DNA of 64,000 nt from Phaeosaccion multiseriatum (taxonomy: Eukaryota; Protista; Ochrophyta, other classes): NCBI GenBank assembly GCA_965112735.1, contig OZ218955.1, positions 3,162,001 through 3,226,000 on the forward strand, in the 5' to 3' direction. The position numbers were made by a program, and so were the translations under genes. The first letter of the stretch is position 1. The number at the start of each line of letters is the position of its first letter. The notes below the pieces were generated by a model. The model was not told the origin of the DNA, did no database searches, and worked only from the letters and a program-made list of their open reading frames with translations. Positions 31,117-44,769 of the stretch are shown here, in pieces.

Positions 31117-31124
<8 letters not shown>
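27000..31124 (-). CDS. RNF126/RNF115-like E3 ubiquitin ligase (N-terminal zinc ribbon plus C-terminal RING-H2)
   Basis: Zinc ribbon FYCHTCG|...VECDE|[10 protein letters not shown], then [17 protein letters not shown], then RING-H2 CAVCK|[40 protein letters not shown]. About 6 exons. Confidence 0.9.
29470..30286. repeat. Purine-rich intronic minisatellite (~40-nt units, gagggagagagagatggagggaaagcgggagggagaagga and variants)
   Basis: About 20 tandem near-identical units. Confidence 0.92.
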
Positions 31125-31154
<30 letters not shown>

Positions 31155-31726
31155 CCGAGCACCGACCCCCCCCCCCCTCTTCTTCGGCGACTGCTTCTGA
31201 GCCGCCGCCTGATTTCTATCCCCCCCGCCCTCACTGCTGCTGCTGCTGCTGGTTGGAGATGGGTGTAGAAGAGGGAGGAGGTTACTTCACAGGGAAGGAG
31301 AGGCCCCCGCAAATAAAAGGGAGCTAATGTCTCTGCCCAACGGGACTGACTGCAAGGGAGAACAGCCTTGTCTCACACTCACCCCCTCAACTCTCCGTGT
31401 TACTTTCTACTTTCCCTCTTTTTCCAATCACACTCACAGCCGCAATGCGATATTTGGAATCGATCAGGTCGATGTATTTTTTAGAAAATCGACTTTTATC
31501 ACTCCTCCTCCTCCTCCTCCTCCTCCTTCTTCTTCTTCTTCTCCTTCTCCTCCTCCACATTCTCCTCCTCCTCCTCCTCCTCCTCCTCCTTCTTCTTCTT
31601 CTTCTCCTCCTCCTCGTCCTGCCCCTCCTCCTCCTCCTCCTCCTCCTCCTCCTCCTCCTCCTCCTCCTCCTCCTCCTCCTCCTCCACTCCCTCCCCCCCC
31701 CCCCCCCTCCTCCTCCCCCTCCTCGA

Positions 31727-34598
31727 CTAGATGCGCAAGATGGTGACTGTGCTTCGCTCGGCAACCTTATGGGGCACTCCTTCCACCGCATCCGCTTCTT
31801 CTCCTCCTGCCTCATCCCCTCCCCCCCCTCCTCCTCCTGCTGCTGCTCCTCCTCCTGCCCCTCCTACTCGACCCTCAGTGGCGCTGCCCTCCCCTCCGCT
31901 CTGAGCCTGCGTGAGCCCCTCCTCCGTCATAGGGTGGATGGTCATGGTCGCAAATGTCCCCCCACACGTCCCCTTGGCCAGCTGACCGGGGTTCACACAC
32001 AAGGTTCCCTGCACGTCCCTCGCAAAGTGGGCCAGCTTGGACGGTACAATCAACACGTCGGGAGAGACAGGCATCCGCCACTTGGCCGCATGCCTCAAGT
32101 CCAGCTGCGCTCTCGACTGGGCAGGAGGAGGGAAGATGGGGTAGAAGGACTGCTGCTGCAGCAGGTGCTCTGTGAGTCTGGCCAGACGGTTTCCCGTATT
32201 GAGACTCGACTCGTCGCAGGAGAGGTCGAAGAGCACATCGGTGGTGCTGATGCCAAACACCACCTCATTCACCTTGAACATGGCGGGGTTGCTCACCAAG
32301 TGCACCCGCTTCTCCGACCCTCCCGTCAAGGGCAGGTCAAGCGTGAACATGGCCTCCTCAAAGCCACCCAATCGGAGTGTCTCTCCACCGGGGACTCGGT
32401 CATGTAACGGCGGCTGAGGATAGACGTACTCATGAAACGGGTCCTTGAGAGATGGCACCAGAACGAACTGCGTCTTGCAGTCCCCTCGATACCCCACTCC
32501 ATCGGGCCCCTTGAAAAAAGCGTCCAATTTGCCCGACACGCGGTATCGAAACAGCGTCTCGAAGTCCACATGCTCCTCCTGCCCATCATCCACCTCCAAC
32601 TTGGCCCTGCCCCTGACCATGGCCGGATGAGTATCGTCCACAAAAGGCCCGGCGAGAATCACCACGTCCGGACGGGTCTTCCGCACCACCTCGAGCAAGT
32701 CCATAAGTGGCTGGTAGTTGAGGTTGTCGGCCGTCGTGTAAGGCCCAGTCGCCATCATCACCGCCAAGGGGTTGCCTCCTGCGCACCCCGGCACAGTGCC
32801 ATGCTGCATGTGCTGGAGCTCCGCGACGGGTGTCGTAGGGAGAGGCCTGGGCACTCCCTCAATCAAGCCTTGCACCACCATGCGCGTGCCCGAGCTGTTG
32901 ATCCCTCTCGCCGCCACCACTTGGCCCGGGAAGAGGGCGAATGACTTCATCTCGTCCATGGCCAGGTGCACGCGCAACCCTCCGGACTCTCTCCTCGATC
33001 CCTCGAGGATGATGGAAGTCTTGTTGATGCGTCCCTCGGCGGTCTCGCAGCAAATCCTCCCCACCACGTTGACGGTCTCCTGCCGGGGGATGCCCGCAGG
33101 GGTGAGCTCTCCACTGAGGCCGTGGCGCTCCACCATTTGCTGTCGAAGGTGCAGCAAGCCCCTCTCTAGGGCACGTGCTCTGTTGGTGTTAGTGTTGTGG
33201 TTTGTTGGTGGTGGTGGTGGAGGTGTTGTGGTTGTGGTTGTTGTTGTTGTTGGTGGTGGTGGTGGTGGTGGTGGAGGAGGAGTTTTGGTATTTTCGTTGT
33301 CGTTCCGAGTTGTTGTCGAGAATGGAGTTTTGAGTTTGTGTGTGTGTGTTTAGAGGGGAGATAGAGAGAGGGAGAGAGGGAGGGAGGGAGGGAGGAAGGG
33401 AGCAGCAGTACATGCGCGCAGATGGGCAGAGGAGGAGCGTTTAGAGGGGGGATGGCAGTGGATGTAAGGCACAGGGGGGATGGGAGAGGGACGTGCTTGC
33501 CGACACAATACACACACACAAGCACACACACAGCAGTCCAGCAGACTTTCCAGCTTGCGCACTGACTTCTCGTGGATACGCTCTACTTGTGACACTAAAC
33601 TGAAACTGCAGCTAGCTCAGCTCAGCTCAGCTTAGCCTAGCTTAAGCATCAGATTAGCTTCACTCATGACCGTACCGCTCATCCAAGGGAGTGAACATGA
33701 AGCGATAGGGCTTGGTGACGCCGACTTCCTCCATCGATTTGATTCTGCAGCGCAACAACCCTGGGGGGGGGTCGGAGGCAGCGCTGCTCTTGGCATTGGC
33801 AGTGGGGAGGGAAAGCTTGGCGGGAGAGTAGGACAGCAACCTGTTGGGTGGGGGTGAGTGGTAGGGCGGGGAGACGAGGAACGGGATATGAGTGTGAGAT
33901 ATAGGGAGAGGGGGAGAGAGAGGGAGACACACAGAGAGAGAGGGAGAGGGAGAGAGAGAGGGAGACACACAGAGAGAGAGGGAGAGGGAGAGAGAGAGGG
34001 AGAGGGAGAGAGGGAGAGGGAGAGGGAGACAAAGAGAGGGGGGGAGGGAGACGCACAGAGAGAGAAAGGGAGAGGGAGAGATGCGGAGAGGCAGAGAGAG
34101 GCGGGGGGCCAGAATTCTACCTGCGGCTCTTGGAGCTCAAACCGACTTTCGCATTGCAAGTCTCTCCTCTAGGGCCGACCTTCCTCTTCCCTTCCCCTCC
34201 CCCTCCCCTTTGCCGGCCTATCTCTCATCACCCTTGTCCTCCCTTTTGTCGGCCTCCTTTCTCCTCCTCCTACTCCTCCTCCTCCTCCTCCTCCTACTCC
34301 TCCTTCTCCTCCTCCTCCTCCTCCTCCTCCTCCTCCCCTCCCCTCCCCTTCGCTTCCTTCCCCTGCCTCCCCTTCCCCACGCATCTCTCTCTCTCTCACT
34401 CCTCCGCACCTTTGTCCGGCGTTGGTGCGCGTATCATAACGGCCTTCCACCAAGTCCGGTGGTGACTGCACTGAGATTGGTGACCGAGTGTCCTCCTGTC
34501 CACCCGTACCACCAATAGTAGATGCTCCATCTCCCCTCCGGGGTGCCTTGGGAGGCCGAAAGTTCGGCGTCGAGGCAACTGCTCCTGTTGTTGTCGTC

Positions 34599-34635
<37 letters not shown>

Positions 34636-35339
34636 AGCCCACTCGCGTGACGGCGCTGTCCGTGGTGGCCTCGAGAGGCCGCTTGGTGACGGTGGTTGTG
34701 GAGAATCCATCCATGTCAGCTTTGGTCAGGACGGGGCTGAGGTGTGTGTGTGGGTAGGTGGGTGGGTTGAACGTGGAAAAGGGCAAAAGCAAAAAGGGGG
34801 GTGTCTGTGAGCATTCTAATCAGCAGTGGCTGGAAGCTCTGGAGAGTATGCCATCGGCCTGGGGGAAACCTTTCTCCTCCTGCTTGGAGAAGGCGTAGTT
34901 AAAAGAGCCAAAGCCTTCCTTCAAAAATCGACCCCCCCCCCCCCCCCTTGTTGTGCGTGGTTCGCTTGACTCACGTGCGCACGACGGTCCTCGGCGTGAC
35001 GAGCTTCCCTCCCTTGGGAGCAGTGCGAGCCGAGGCCGCTGAGCCGCTGGCGATGGGGCTGCTGCTGATGGCTCGCATCTTCTTCAGAGTATCCGCCATG
35101 TCGTGCAAAGCCTTAACGGACAGCTTGGGAGGCCCTGTCTGCCCCTCTCCCCCCCCTCCCCCTGCTCTGGTGTGGTTAACTGTGTAGCTCTCCCAGTTGT
35201 TGGCAAAGTCGCCGCTGCTGAGTCCGAACTGCCGGCTCAGGCCCAGGGCCGTGGTGATAATCTCATCCTCCTCCTCCACGATTTCGCCCACATCGCGGAG
35301 AGCCTTGGTCACTCCGCTACGCGTCACCGCGGCGGCCAT
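31727..35339 (-). CDS. POLA2: DNA polymerase alpha subunit B (POLA2/POL12)
   Basis: Exons ~35339-34975, ~34730-34408, ~33840-33671, ~33180-31727. Motifs YRFMF, VVGRICCE, ILEGSR, FALFPGQVVAARGINSSG, GPYTTADNL, PDVVILAGPFVD, VYPQPP, QQSFYPIFP, PDVLIVPS, VNPG. Confidence 0.95.
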
Positions 35340-35855
35340 ACCCACGTGATCTACCTCCTCACTTGCGCTGCCTCAAAAACCGAGAGCGACAGCAGCAGCA
35401 GCAGCAGCAGCAGTTGCAGCAGCAGCACACGGCTGCTCCTGACTTTCCCTCCCCCTTTCTCCCCCCTTTCGGTACTCTTGCTTCCAAATCAGGAAAGCAG
35501 TTTAGCAGCAGTGCTAACAGAAGACACTGCGTCCAGTTCGTCCAGCCTCTTCTCTTAGAGGCCTTCCTGTGTCTCGCAGATGCTGCTTCTCTTCAGATTC
35601 AAAAAGAAGGGGGCGCTCATCTGCTGCCATCCTTTTCAAAGCTTCTCTGCACGATGCACACCCACGAACCAAAACAGCATAAGCCGCGACATCAAGCCGC
35701 AGTAAAGTGGAAGTGGGGCGGTCCGCACTGTTGGAAGCGAAGAGAACGAGGGAATCGAGCTCCTTCGTCGCTCCTCCCCTGGTGCGGTTTGTCTAGAGCC
35801 TCCAAGGGAGGGGCACAGTCCCTGGCAAAGCCCTGGCCTGGCAAAGCAATCAGCC

Positions 35856-37286
35856 ATGGGGCCGAAGGCGAAGAAAGACGGGAAGAGGGAGAGTAAGAAA
35901 GATGTGAAGAAGGTGGCAAAGGGAGATCAGGGAGGAGAGACGCCAGGGAAGAAGGGCGCAGCCGCAGGGAAGGGCGCCTCGATGCAGAAGAGCAAGAAGA
36001 AGGAAGAGGAGGAGGAGGAGAAGAAGAAGGAGCAAACGTACGAAGTCGACAGCAAGGTGAGGCGCGAAGGCGAAAACTGGCTTGAACCGGCCTCTCCTTT
36101 TGTACTCCCCCCCAGAAGGATCAAAACAAGTCGAAGGTGTTGATTACCCCCTCTCTCTCATTCTCTCCCTCTCACCCCCAGTGCTGGGCTCTGGACGGGG
36201 GTCAACTCTACGAAGCGAAGGTTCTGAAGGTGGACAAGGCGGGGGGGCAGAGCGACGTCACCAGCTACTTCTTACACTACCAGGTACCCATCTATCCGTC
36301 TTTAGCTTGTCTGTCCTTGCTAGCCAAGCCAACTCTTGCTACCAGCACTTCCCGGAGATAGAAAGAGAGTTTTTGAAACCCCATGGAGCCGTTGCTTTTG
36401 AGTCTGAAGGATGCAGACGGAGGCAGTGTATGTGATTACGCAGGGCGGGGGGGGGGGAGGGGTTTTGGTACCATTCCGTGGCTCACTAATGCGTTCCCTC
36501 CATCTATTGCCATCCATTGAGCAGGGCTGGAACAGCAAGTGGGACAAATGGGTGGACGCGACGGAGCTCATGCCGGACGGGAAGGAAGCAGAGCTGCTGG
36601 CCAAGAAGCTCAAAGCGCCCACCAAAACGGGCAAGCGAGGGGCGGAGAGCGGGGGGGCAGGAGGGGAGGGAGCGGGGGGCGCAGCGGCAGGGGGCGGGAA
36701 AGGAGGGGGAGGAGGGGCATCCTCCAAGAAGAAGGCGAAGGTCGACCTTAAGGCGGATACCGTAGACACGAGCGGGGTGCCTCAGGTCAAGCTGTCCATC
36801 CCCTTTACACTCAAGAAGCAGCTCGTGACGGACTGGGAGTTTGTGACGCAAGAGCCCAGGTTGCTTGTGCCTCTCCCTCGCACCCCTTCCGCGAGCGCTA
36901 TCATGGATGCCTTTATACAGAGCAAGAAGAACGGTGGCGATAGGGGTGGTAAGGGGGGAGGGGGCAGCAAGGGGGGTAAAAGTAGTAGTGGGGCCAATGC
37001 AAACGCCTCCGCTGTGGCGAGGTTTCAAGAACTCATGGAAGGGATCAAAATCTACTTTGACAGGGTAAGTGAGGGGGTGGAAGGGGGGGTAGGGGAGGTG
37101 TATGCACGAGCCTACTTTGGTGGCTCAGTTACAGTGACAGTTACAGTTATAGTTACAGAAACATGGGGGTGGAGATTGCATGGTGGGCAGCGCGAATGGA
37201 GCAGGATTTTGGAAGTGCAGTGTTTGGGTGTGTTTGGGTGTCGTTGGCGACCAATTGATGGACGTAACAGAGAACAAGAAAACACA

Positions 37287-37351
<65 letters not shown>

Positions 37352-37635
37352 CGGGGTAAGGGAGGTGCACTGAACCCTCATCCCTCTCCTATTTCTCTAT
37401 TTTCTCTCTCGCTCTCTGTCCCTGTCCCTCCCTCCGTCCCTCCCTCCCTGTCCAGGCCCTCCCTCTCATCCTGCTGTACCGCCAAGAGCGAGCTCAGTAC
37501 GAGAAGCTCATACAAGACTACCCAGGCCGCAACCTTTGCGAACTGTACGGCGCGGAGCACCTCCTCCGTCTCTTTGTTCGCCTCCCTGCCCTGATGGGAC
37601 AAACGCTTCTTAACTCGCACGAAACCACGCAGGTA

Positions 37636-37693
<58 letters not shown>

Positions 37694-37896
37694 CCACCCT
37701 TTTCGATCACCAAATCACACCATCCTTGTTTAACCGCGTACTGTCCTGACACCCCCTGCCTTGTGTCCTGACACCCCCCGCTCCATAGGTCCAGACGAAG
37801 ATCGCTGAATTCCTACGCTTCCTGCAGAAGGGCCATGACGACTTTTTCCTTCAGCAGTACGAGCCCGACGAGGACAAGCACGAGAACCGCCCATGA
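35856..37896 (+). CDS. MRG15/EAF3-family chromodomain plus MRG-domain protein
   Basis: Chromo-barrel LYEAKVLKV..YFLHYQ|GWNSKWDKWV. MRG domain IPFTLKKQLVTDWE, LPRTPS, IKIYFDR|ALPLILLYRQER, YGAEHLLRLFVRLP. Stop at 37894-37896. Five exons. Confidence 0.93.
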
Positions 37897-38867
37897 CCGT
37901 GACGGGAAGGGACGGACAGGATGGAGCCGTACCCCATGTATGCATACATACATACATTAGTACATACATACATACATACCCGTACATACCCATACGTACC
38001 GCAGACATTTATATACCCCATACACCGTGCATACTCCATACCATACACCCTACGGGCGGTGAAAGGCGGAAAGGTCGAAGGAAGTGCAGGTGGTGGTAAG
38101 GGAGACGAGTGAAGTCCCTCTTCTCTTCCCCTGGCCTCTCCTCTTCTCTCCCCCTCTCGTTATCCTTCCCTCTGCGGCCCTATCCCATCCAACGGGGCAC
38201 AAGAGGATTCACAGGAGAGGGGCGAGACGCCGGAGCACCAACTGCCCCCTACCGCCCCAAAAGGAGCCCAAAGCGGCGGCGGAAGAAGGGGGGGGGGAGG
38301 GGTACAGGGGTGGATGTTGGTGGGCCCTTAGCTGCCATCGGGGCGAGTAGTCTGAAACTGAAACTGAACCTGAATGCATACGATCGTACACGTATGCGCT
38401 TCCTTGCAGAGGAAAAATCTGCAGCGCACGAGTGTTTGTGCTATGGTCTTATGGAGTCTGCAGGTCTCCCCCCCCCCCCGGGGGTGACGAGGGACCATGG
38501 GATGCCATCTTGCCACGCACGGACTCAAAAGAGGGGGAAGGGGGGGAGTGGGTTTCTGGGTTGCGACGTGCCCTAAGAGTGCACCTGTGCCACACCACAC
38601 CGCTGTCGCGAATTGGCTTGAGCCTCCTTCCTTCCTTCCTTCCTTCCTTCCCCGCCCATCCCCTCCGATGGGTGTCAAGAGCACCTCCCGCTCCACACAC
38701 ACACACACACACACATACACACACACATACATACACACACTTTCAGTTTCTTAGGTGATTCATATTCTCCACAGGAAAAGCCCTGCCCTGGGGTCACTTC
38801 TTAGGGTCACTTCTACGATGGACGTTACAAAATGCCACCCCGTCCCGCTGCTTATCCGCCACCTGCT

Positions 38868-38981
38868 CCTGTCGATCAACCTGTCGATCAACCTGTCGAT
38901 CAACCTGTCGATCAACCTGTCGATCAACCTGTCGATCAACCTGTCGATCAACCTGTCGATCAACCTGTCGATCAACCTGTC
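38868..38981. repeat. Perfect 12-bp tandem repeat (cctgtcgatcaa) x9 plus a partial copy
   Basis: Directly visible between the convergent MRG and TCAIM-like 3' ends. Confidence 0.95.
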
Positions 38982-39100
38982 CATGAGCCTCCCTCTGCGT
39001 GCGGCACTGCAGTCCCGCTGGGGTATCGAAGGATGATCAAGGCCTTATTGTTGAACCCCAATAGCTTGCGCCCGTCTACATCGATCGATCGATTCATCGA

Positions 39101-41186
39101 TCACTCCTTCCCTCCCCAGTCCCACGGGATGGACACACGCCCGTCTTCCTCGAGGCCGTATCCCCTTCTTTGGCTCACGAACACCACATCCAGGCCTTGC
39201 AGGGCGGCAAGGACAGCACCCCCCCCCTCACCACCACCATCACCACCAGCAGCAGCAGCACCACCTCCACCAGCAGTCCAGCGGTGTTGTGTCGGGTCAG
39301 CATTGGTTCGCTCTCCGAGGCGCACGAGCGAAGCACAAGCGGTGCGAAGCTGTTCCCATGTAACCGCCCCTTCCTGAGCCTTGGCGACGCTTCGGATGAG
39401 GAGCTTCTCTTCGCACTGCCTCGCCAGCGAGAGCGCCTCGACTCTATGTGTGTGTGTGTGTGTGTATGTGTGTGTGTGTGTGTATGTGTGTGTATGTGTG
39501 TGTATGTGTGTGTGTGTGTATGTTTGCGTTTCATTTGGGTGTCGGTCGACCAGAGAGAGGGGAAGGACAGCAGTGGGGCAGGAAAAACAGGGGGTCAGAG
39601 GGGGGGGGAGAGGACAGCGACACAGTGACAAAGTGAGGGTACTCTCGCACTGCCGGCCCCGATAGATACACACCTCTGTCGCTCGCTCGCCTCGAGCTTG
39701 ACAATGGCTCGGGCTCCGTGCAGGGATATTGCCGACCTGAGGGAGGGAGCGACAGAGTGAGTGGTGGAGTGAGTGAGTGAGTGAGTGAGGGATAAGTGAG
39801 TCAGTGAATGAGTGGTGGAGGGAGTGAAGGAGTGGGGAAGAGGAGAGGGGGGGGGAAAGGCTTAGGCCTACAGCTCCAAGTTCAGTTTCAGTTTCCTTGT
39901 CTGTCGGCCGCCTCTTTTCTCCATGCTCTTCCCTACACCGCATCGCACTTTTCACTTCTCCTATCCCCTTTTGAAGGCACGCGTACACTTAACACACGCA
40001 CGCACGCACACACGCACACACGCAAACACGCCGACACACGCCCACAGCACTCCCACCCTGCACCCCCGGGACGGGAAGCGAGAGGGTCTGTCTCCTATTG
40101 TAGAGGAGGCTGAAAGAGAGGCTCCAGCTGTGACCCACTACTCCTGACTCACCAGATGTCCCCTCGGGTGGCACCCGCGCTGACCTGAATAGTGCCGTCC
40201 TGCAGCAGCTTGCCCCGCCCGCCGAGGCCGCCTCCTTCCCTCTCCACAGCGACCTTCAGCTTGCTGCAGTCCACAGCGCTGAGGCTCGTCGAGGAGAGGG
40301 AGGGAGCCTCCTTCGCATGTGCCCCTCCTCCGTTTTCTCCTCCTCCTCCTCCTCCTCCTCCTCCTCCTCCTCCTGCCCCGTCTTCTTGTAGTGAAACCAT
40401 ACCAGGACACGGAGACGAGTCCACGAGCCCCTTGATAAAATGGAAAAAGTACCCTGGGGAGCACGACAGACCTCTTTCCATCTGCACCCCTTCGAATATC
40501 CTCTGCGTGAGGCCCTCCAGCCTCGCCATCTGTGAAACTCGCTCCTTCCTCTTCCTCAGCGTGAGAGCCGTCACCTCACTCAAGATCTCGATCCACACCA
40601 ACGGCACGTCGGACGGGCTCAAACGGATCTCTCCGTCTCGGTAGTCCACGCTCTTTTCTTGTGTGTCGAGCGTCCATGACACTCGGAAACCTTCGAAGGA
40701 GCTCACGTTGAAGCGGTGCCTGTGACCGTGTGGAAAGATGCGGAGGGGCGGCGGGTGATAGATGGAAGGACAAGAAAGGGTGGCGACAATGGTAAACTGA
40801 AGTATTCATACACACACTTTCGGATGGGGGCGAGTGCACCGGATAGAGGCAAAAGTAATCTTCTCTCTCTATCCTCCCCCGCCGCCGAATAGACCAATCG
40901 CACTCACCCATGTGTACCACAGATGGCAGCGAAGGAGTTGAGCAACATGCACACATTCGTGGAGACCCACCCCATGTGCATCGACACTCCGTCAAAGCCG
41001 TAGCGCGAGCACAACAACTCCTCCAACTGCGCTGCTCTCTCTCTGTCTGCTCTTTTTGCCTCGAGCTCCCTTCGACCCGGCCCGTCGGGCGAAAGGACCT
41101 CTGAGCAGAAGGAGTGGAGATTGTGGCCACGCGCCCTGGAGTAGCCTTCGGTAAAGCCCCCACTGCGGCTGCTCGTATGACTGCTA

Positions 41187-41241
<55 letters not shown>

Positions 41242-42385
41242 TCATGTGTTCCCAATAGGATCGGGCCGAGCGGGCGCCCCACTCTTCTCCTTTGTGCCAG
41301 GGCTCCCCTTCGTGCTGATGTTGTCTGTACTGCTGCCTGTCGCCACCACCACCACCACCACCACTGCTGCTGCTGCCGGGCCGAGCTCCTGTTGCCTCTC
41401 CTCCTTCACCGAGTGGGTGTGTTGCTTCAACTCCACAGTCCTTCAGGAGTCTCCACAGCTCCGCCATGGTCCCTGGCGTAAGTGTTTCAGCGTTTAATTG
41501 AGTAAGTAGGTGGGAATACAAGAAGAAGAGTGAGCAAAGTGGAAGAGAGTCCTTCCTACCCAACCCTCCCCACTCCCACCACCCCACGCACCCGCTTTGG
41601 ACGGCTTGAGGGACAGTTTCACCCGACGAAGAGCCGCTTTCGAGGCACCACCGCTGTCATCAGTTGCGACACCATCACCACCCCCACCACCACTATCTGC
41701 AGTAGAAGTAGTACTAGTAGTGGTGGCAGTGGAAGAAGGAGGTTCCTCAGGGGTGGCTCGGAGGTGCACGTCTTTGAGGTAAAAGACGAGTCCCAGACCC
41801 ACGCCCTTGGCGGCTCCCTCCGTGGCCCAGCCCTTTTGGTCCATAAAGAGGGAGAGGGCCCGGAGGTTGGCAGAGTTCACGTCTCGCGCCTTGGGGAACT
41901 GATGGAAGAAGTCTGGGTGCACCTGTGTCGTTATCGTTTATGCGATACAGGCGCGGTTCATGGGAATGCAGAAGAGGAGAGGGGGGGGGAGGAGACTGGT
42001 AGATATGAGCGACGGGACTGGTCAGGCGGACAGGGCAGACACGCCAGCAGGGAGGAAGCCCGAAACCGAAAGCAGCAGATGGATTCTGGACAGAGGGATT
42101 AGCACAACGCACCTGCATGAGGAAGGCTTTGCGCAGGTGGCTCCACGAAGTATGATGGACCCATGAAGCCCAAGAGGAGAAACCTACCGCCCTTGATGTC
42201 GTCGCTAGCCCTACTGGCAACCTTCGACGCACCCCGCGGCGGCCAGAGGTACCTCTTGCTGCTGTCTCAGCTGTGGCCGCTTCCCCTCTCCCATGCCAAG
42301 TGTGTCGAGTGTGCCCCCCCTCCCTGGCCCAGCGCCCTCCACCGTGGTGAAGGCGTTTCGGGGAGAATATGCTCCCTCGATGCAT
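39101..42385 (-). CDS. TCAIM-like mitochondrial protein (DUF4460/DUF4461 family), multi-exon
   Basis: LRKAFLMQ|VHPDFFHQFPKARDVNSANLRALSLFMD matches the J-like DUF4460 HPDFF motif. The C-terminus DGRVSIPWDW fits DUF4461. Arg-rich N-terminus. Confidence 0.8.
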
Positions 42386-43100
42386 ACCAAGGGTATAAAT
42401 AAGGAAGGGAGAAAGGAAGAAGGATTTTCCTTTCTTCGCATGTTGTAATCCATACGTAGCCAGTTGTAGAAGACGTATGTTCGAGTATGTGCAGCTGCGT
42501 ATGTCCTCGTCTGATCGTTTGCTCATCATCTGCTTCTCGCATTCAAGATTCCCCCCTTCCTCTTTTACCACCATCTCTTCCTCCTCCTCATGTTTCTTCT
42601 ATGTTCGCTCCTCTTCCTCTCCTCCTCCTCACTCGCTCCTTTTCCTCTCCTCTTCCTGACACTGCCCCCTCCCCCTCCTCTCTCTTTCTCCCTCTCTCTC
42701 TCTCGCTCATTGCCTCTGTTGTATGCGACCCATCGACACCCCAAGCGCCGCTGCTGTACCCCTCTCCATCTCCGTCACACCTCTGGGTTTGCTTCCTATA
42801 CTTCGTAGTACTTCGTGTATTTACAGACGCACAGCAAGTCTGCATGAGTTCCCAAGCCCTGGCCTGGCCTGGCCTGGCCTACCGACTGGGAGACGGGCCA
42901 GTCAGTCCAGCAGTCAGGCCTTTCCCTCACCGCACTCCAAAATGGAGAGAAGAGGATGGTACTCTTGAACCTCATGCCACGAGCAAAGTTCTTGCTGAGT
43001 ATACAAAAGGAAGGGGGTGGGGGGCAATACGCCCCCGTCTGCTGCCATCGAACCTCCCAAAGCCCCCATTGACTGCCATGCTATCCCACTTGGCAAGTCA

Positions 43101-43971
43101 CTACAGCCCACTCTTGAGAAAGGCATTCTTATCCTTGGCTCGCTCCTTCACAAGGGCGCTGACACGCCTGAAGCTCGGGTGGGCCGAGTTTTCCAACAGC
43201 TCGAAAGCGGCGGACTCAGCCGTGGTGACCCGCACTCCGGCTTGTACCATGCGCTCAATTGACGTCAGCCGGTCGCCGGGCATCTGACTGCTGATTGCGT
43301 CCACCACGATGAAGGGGTGGTAGCCACCTGCGAAGGTACAAGTGCCGAGAGCGAGGGGGAAGGGAGCGAGCGCGGCGTTTACATCTGTTATTGTGTTTTC
43401 CTCGTTTTGCCCCTCCCCCCTCTGTCTTTCGCACACGAGCACACACAAAGTATGTTATCATCATCCTCTGTATGTGTGGCTCGCGTTTCACCCTTGAGTC
43501 GTCCTGCTACTGCCAAGATTTGTTGTGCAGAAAACCAGACATGCACATCTCTCTCGCTAACACACACGTACCGTCTTTGAGGTCGAGACAGGTCTGCAAA
43601 ACGCACACATGGCTCTCGATGCCGCAGACGAGCACGCTCGATCCCGCTGGGGGAAGATCCTTCTCGGACAGGCAGCCGAGCATTGAGAAGCTTGTCTTTG
43701 GAAAGACTCTGAGGCCGATTTCCGCCACATTGAGGTCGGGAACGGTGGAGCCCAGGCGCTCAGGGTATTGCTCCGTAACGACACATGGGAGGTCCATCTC
43801 CTTGGCGACGTTGATCATGAACCCAGCTGCTTCGATCACCGACTCCATCTCGTGGATCACATCTCTGAATCGCGTCTGGATATCGCAAACGAACAAAGCG
43901 GTATTCCCCACGCGCAGTCGAGCTCCTGCTGCTCCTCCTACTGCCGCTGCTCTTGCTACTACCGACGCCAT
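43101..43971 (-). CDS. Isochorismatase-domain-containing protein (ISOC1/ISOC2-like), 2 exons
   Basis: ALFVCDIQTRF, VVTEQYPERLGSTV, KTSFSM, VLVCGIESHVCVLQTCLDL, VVDAISS, TTAESAAFELL..HPSF. Intron ~43571-43329. Confidence 0.93.
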
Positions 43972-44106
43972 TGCTTCTTCCTCCCTTTTTTCTTTTCAGT
44001 CCCTTTTTTCTCTTCGCTCTCCTTCAGGCGTTTTGTCTACACTTTCACAGTTGGTGACCACCTTGGCGAGGTCTTGGTGGAAGAGGCACAAACATTTTTC
44101 CCTCCC

Positions 44107-44718
44107 ATGGCGGAGCAGCAGTGCCATGGCCATGTCGATGACTACATGTCGGAAGCGTTCGCCGTCTCCCCCGGGAAGGAAGAGGAGACTGCGGACGGAG
44201 GGCGAAGGCGGAGGGGATTGAAGCGCGGACGACCGGGGGTGAGGAACGCTGTCGCGAAGAAGCCGCCCTTGAGCTCAGCAGCTTCTCATGAGCCCAAGAA
44301 GAAGACGGCGGTGCTCATGGTGGAGGCGCGGGAGGAGGGGCTGAAAACGGCCCTTGACTCGAGCAACAAGGGCTTCCAGCTGCTGCAAAAGATGGGGTAC
44401 AAAGGGAGCGGAGGTTTGGGCAAGGCGGGCGCGGGGTTGGAGGCTCCAATAGCCGCCTCTCTGAAGCAGGGAAAGGCCGGCTTGGGGCGGGAGGAGCAGG
44501 TAGAGCGCCAGAAGGCAAGGCTGCACAAGGCGAGGATGCAGCTGGAGGAAAGCAGACGCGCCAAGCTGGAACAGGGGAAGCTCGACTACCGCAGTGAGAT
44601 GAGCGCTGCCTACGGCAGAAGAAAGGTGGCGGGGGACTTGGGTAAGGCTCGGCGGGCGATTGAGTTTATCGACTCCGGCTTGGGGTTGGAGCGATCGGTG
44701 CTCTGGCCAGAGCGGCGT

Positions 44719-44769
<51 letters not shown>

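Noticed and set aside
38868-38981. CRISPR-like array
   Set aside because: Contiguous 12-bp units with no unique spacers, no cas genes, and a eukaryotic context.
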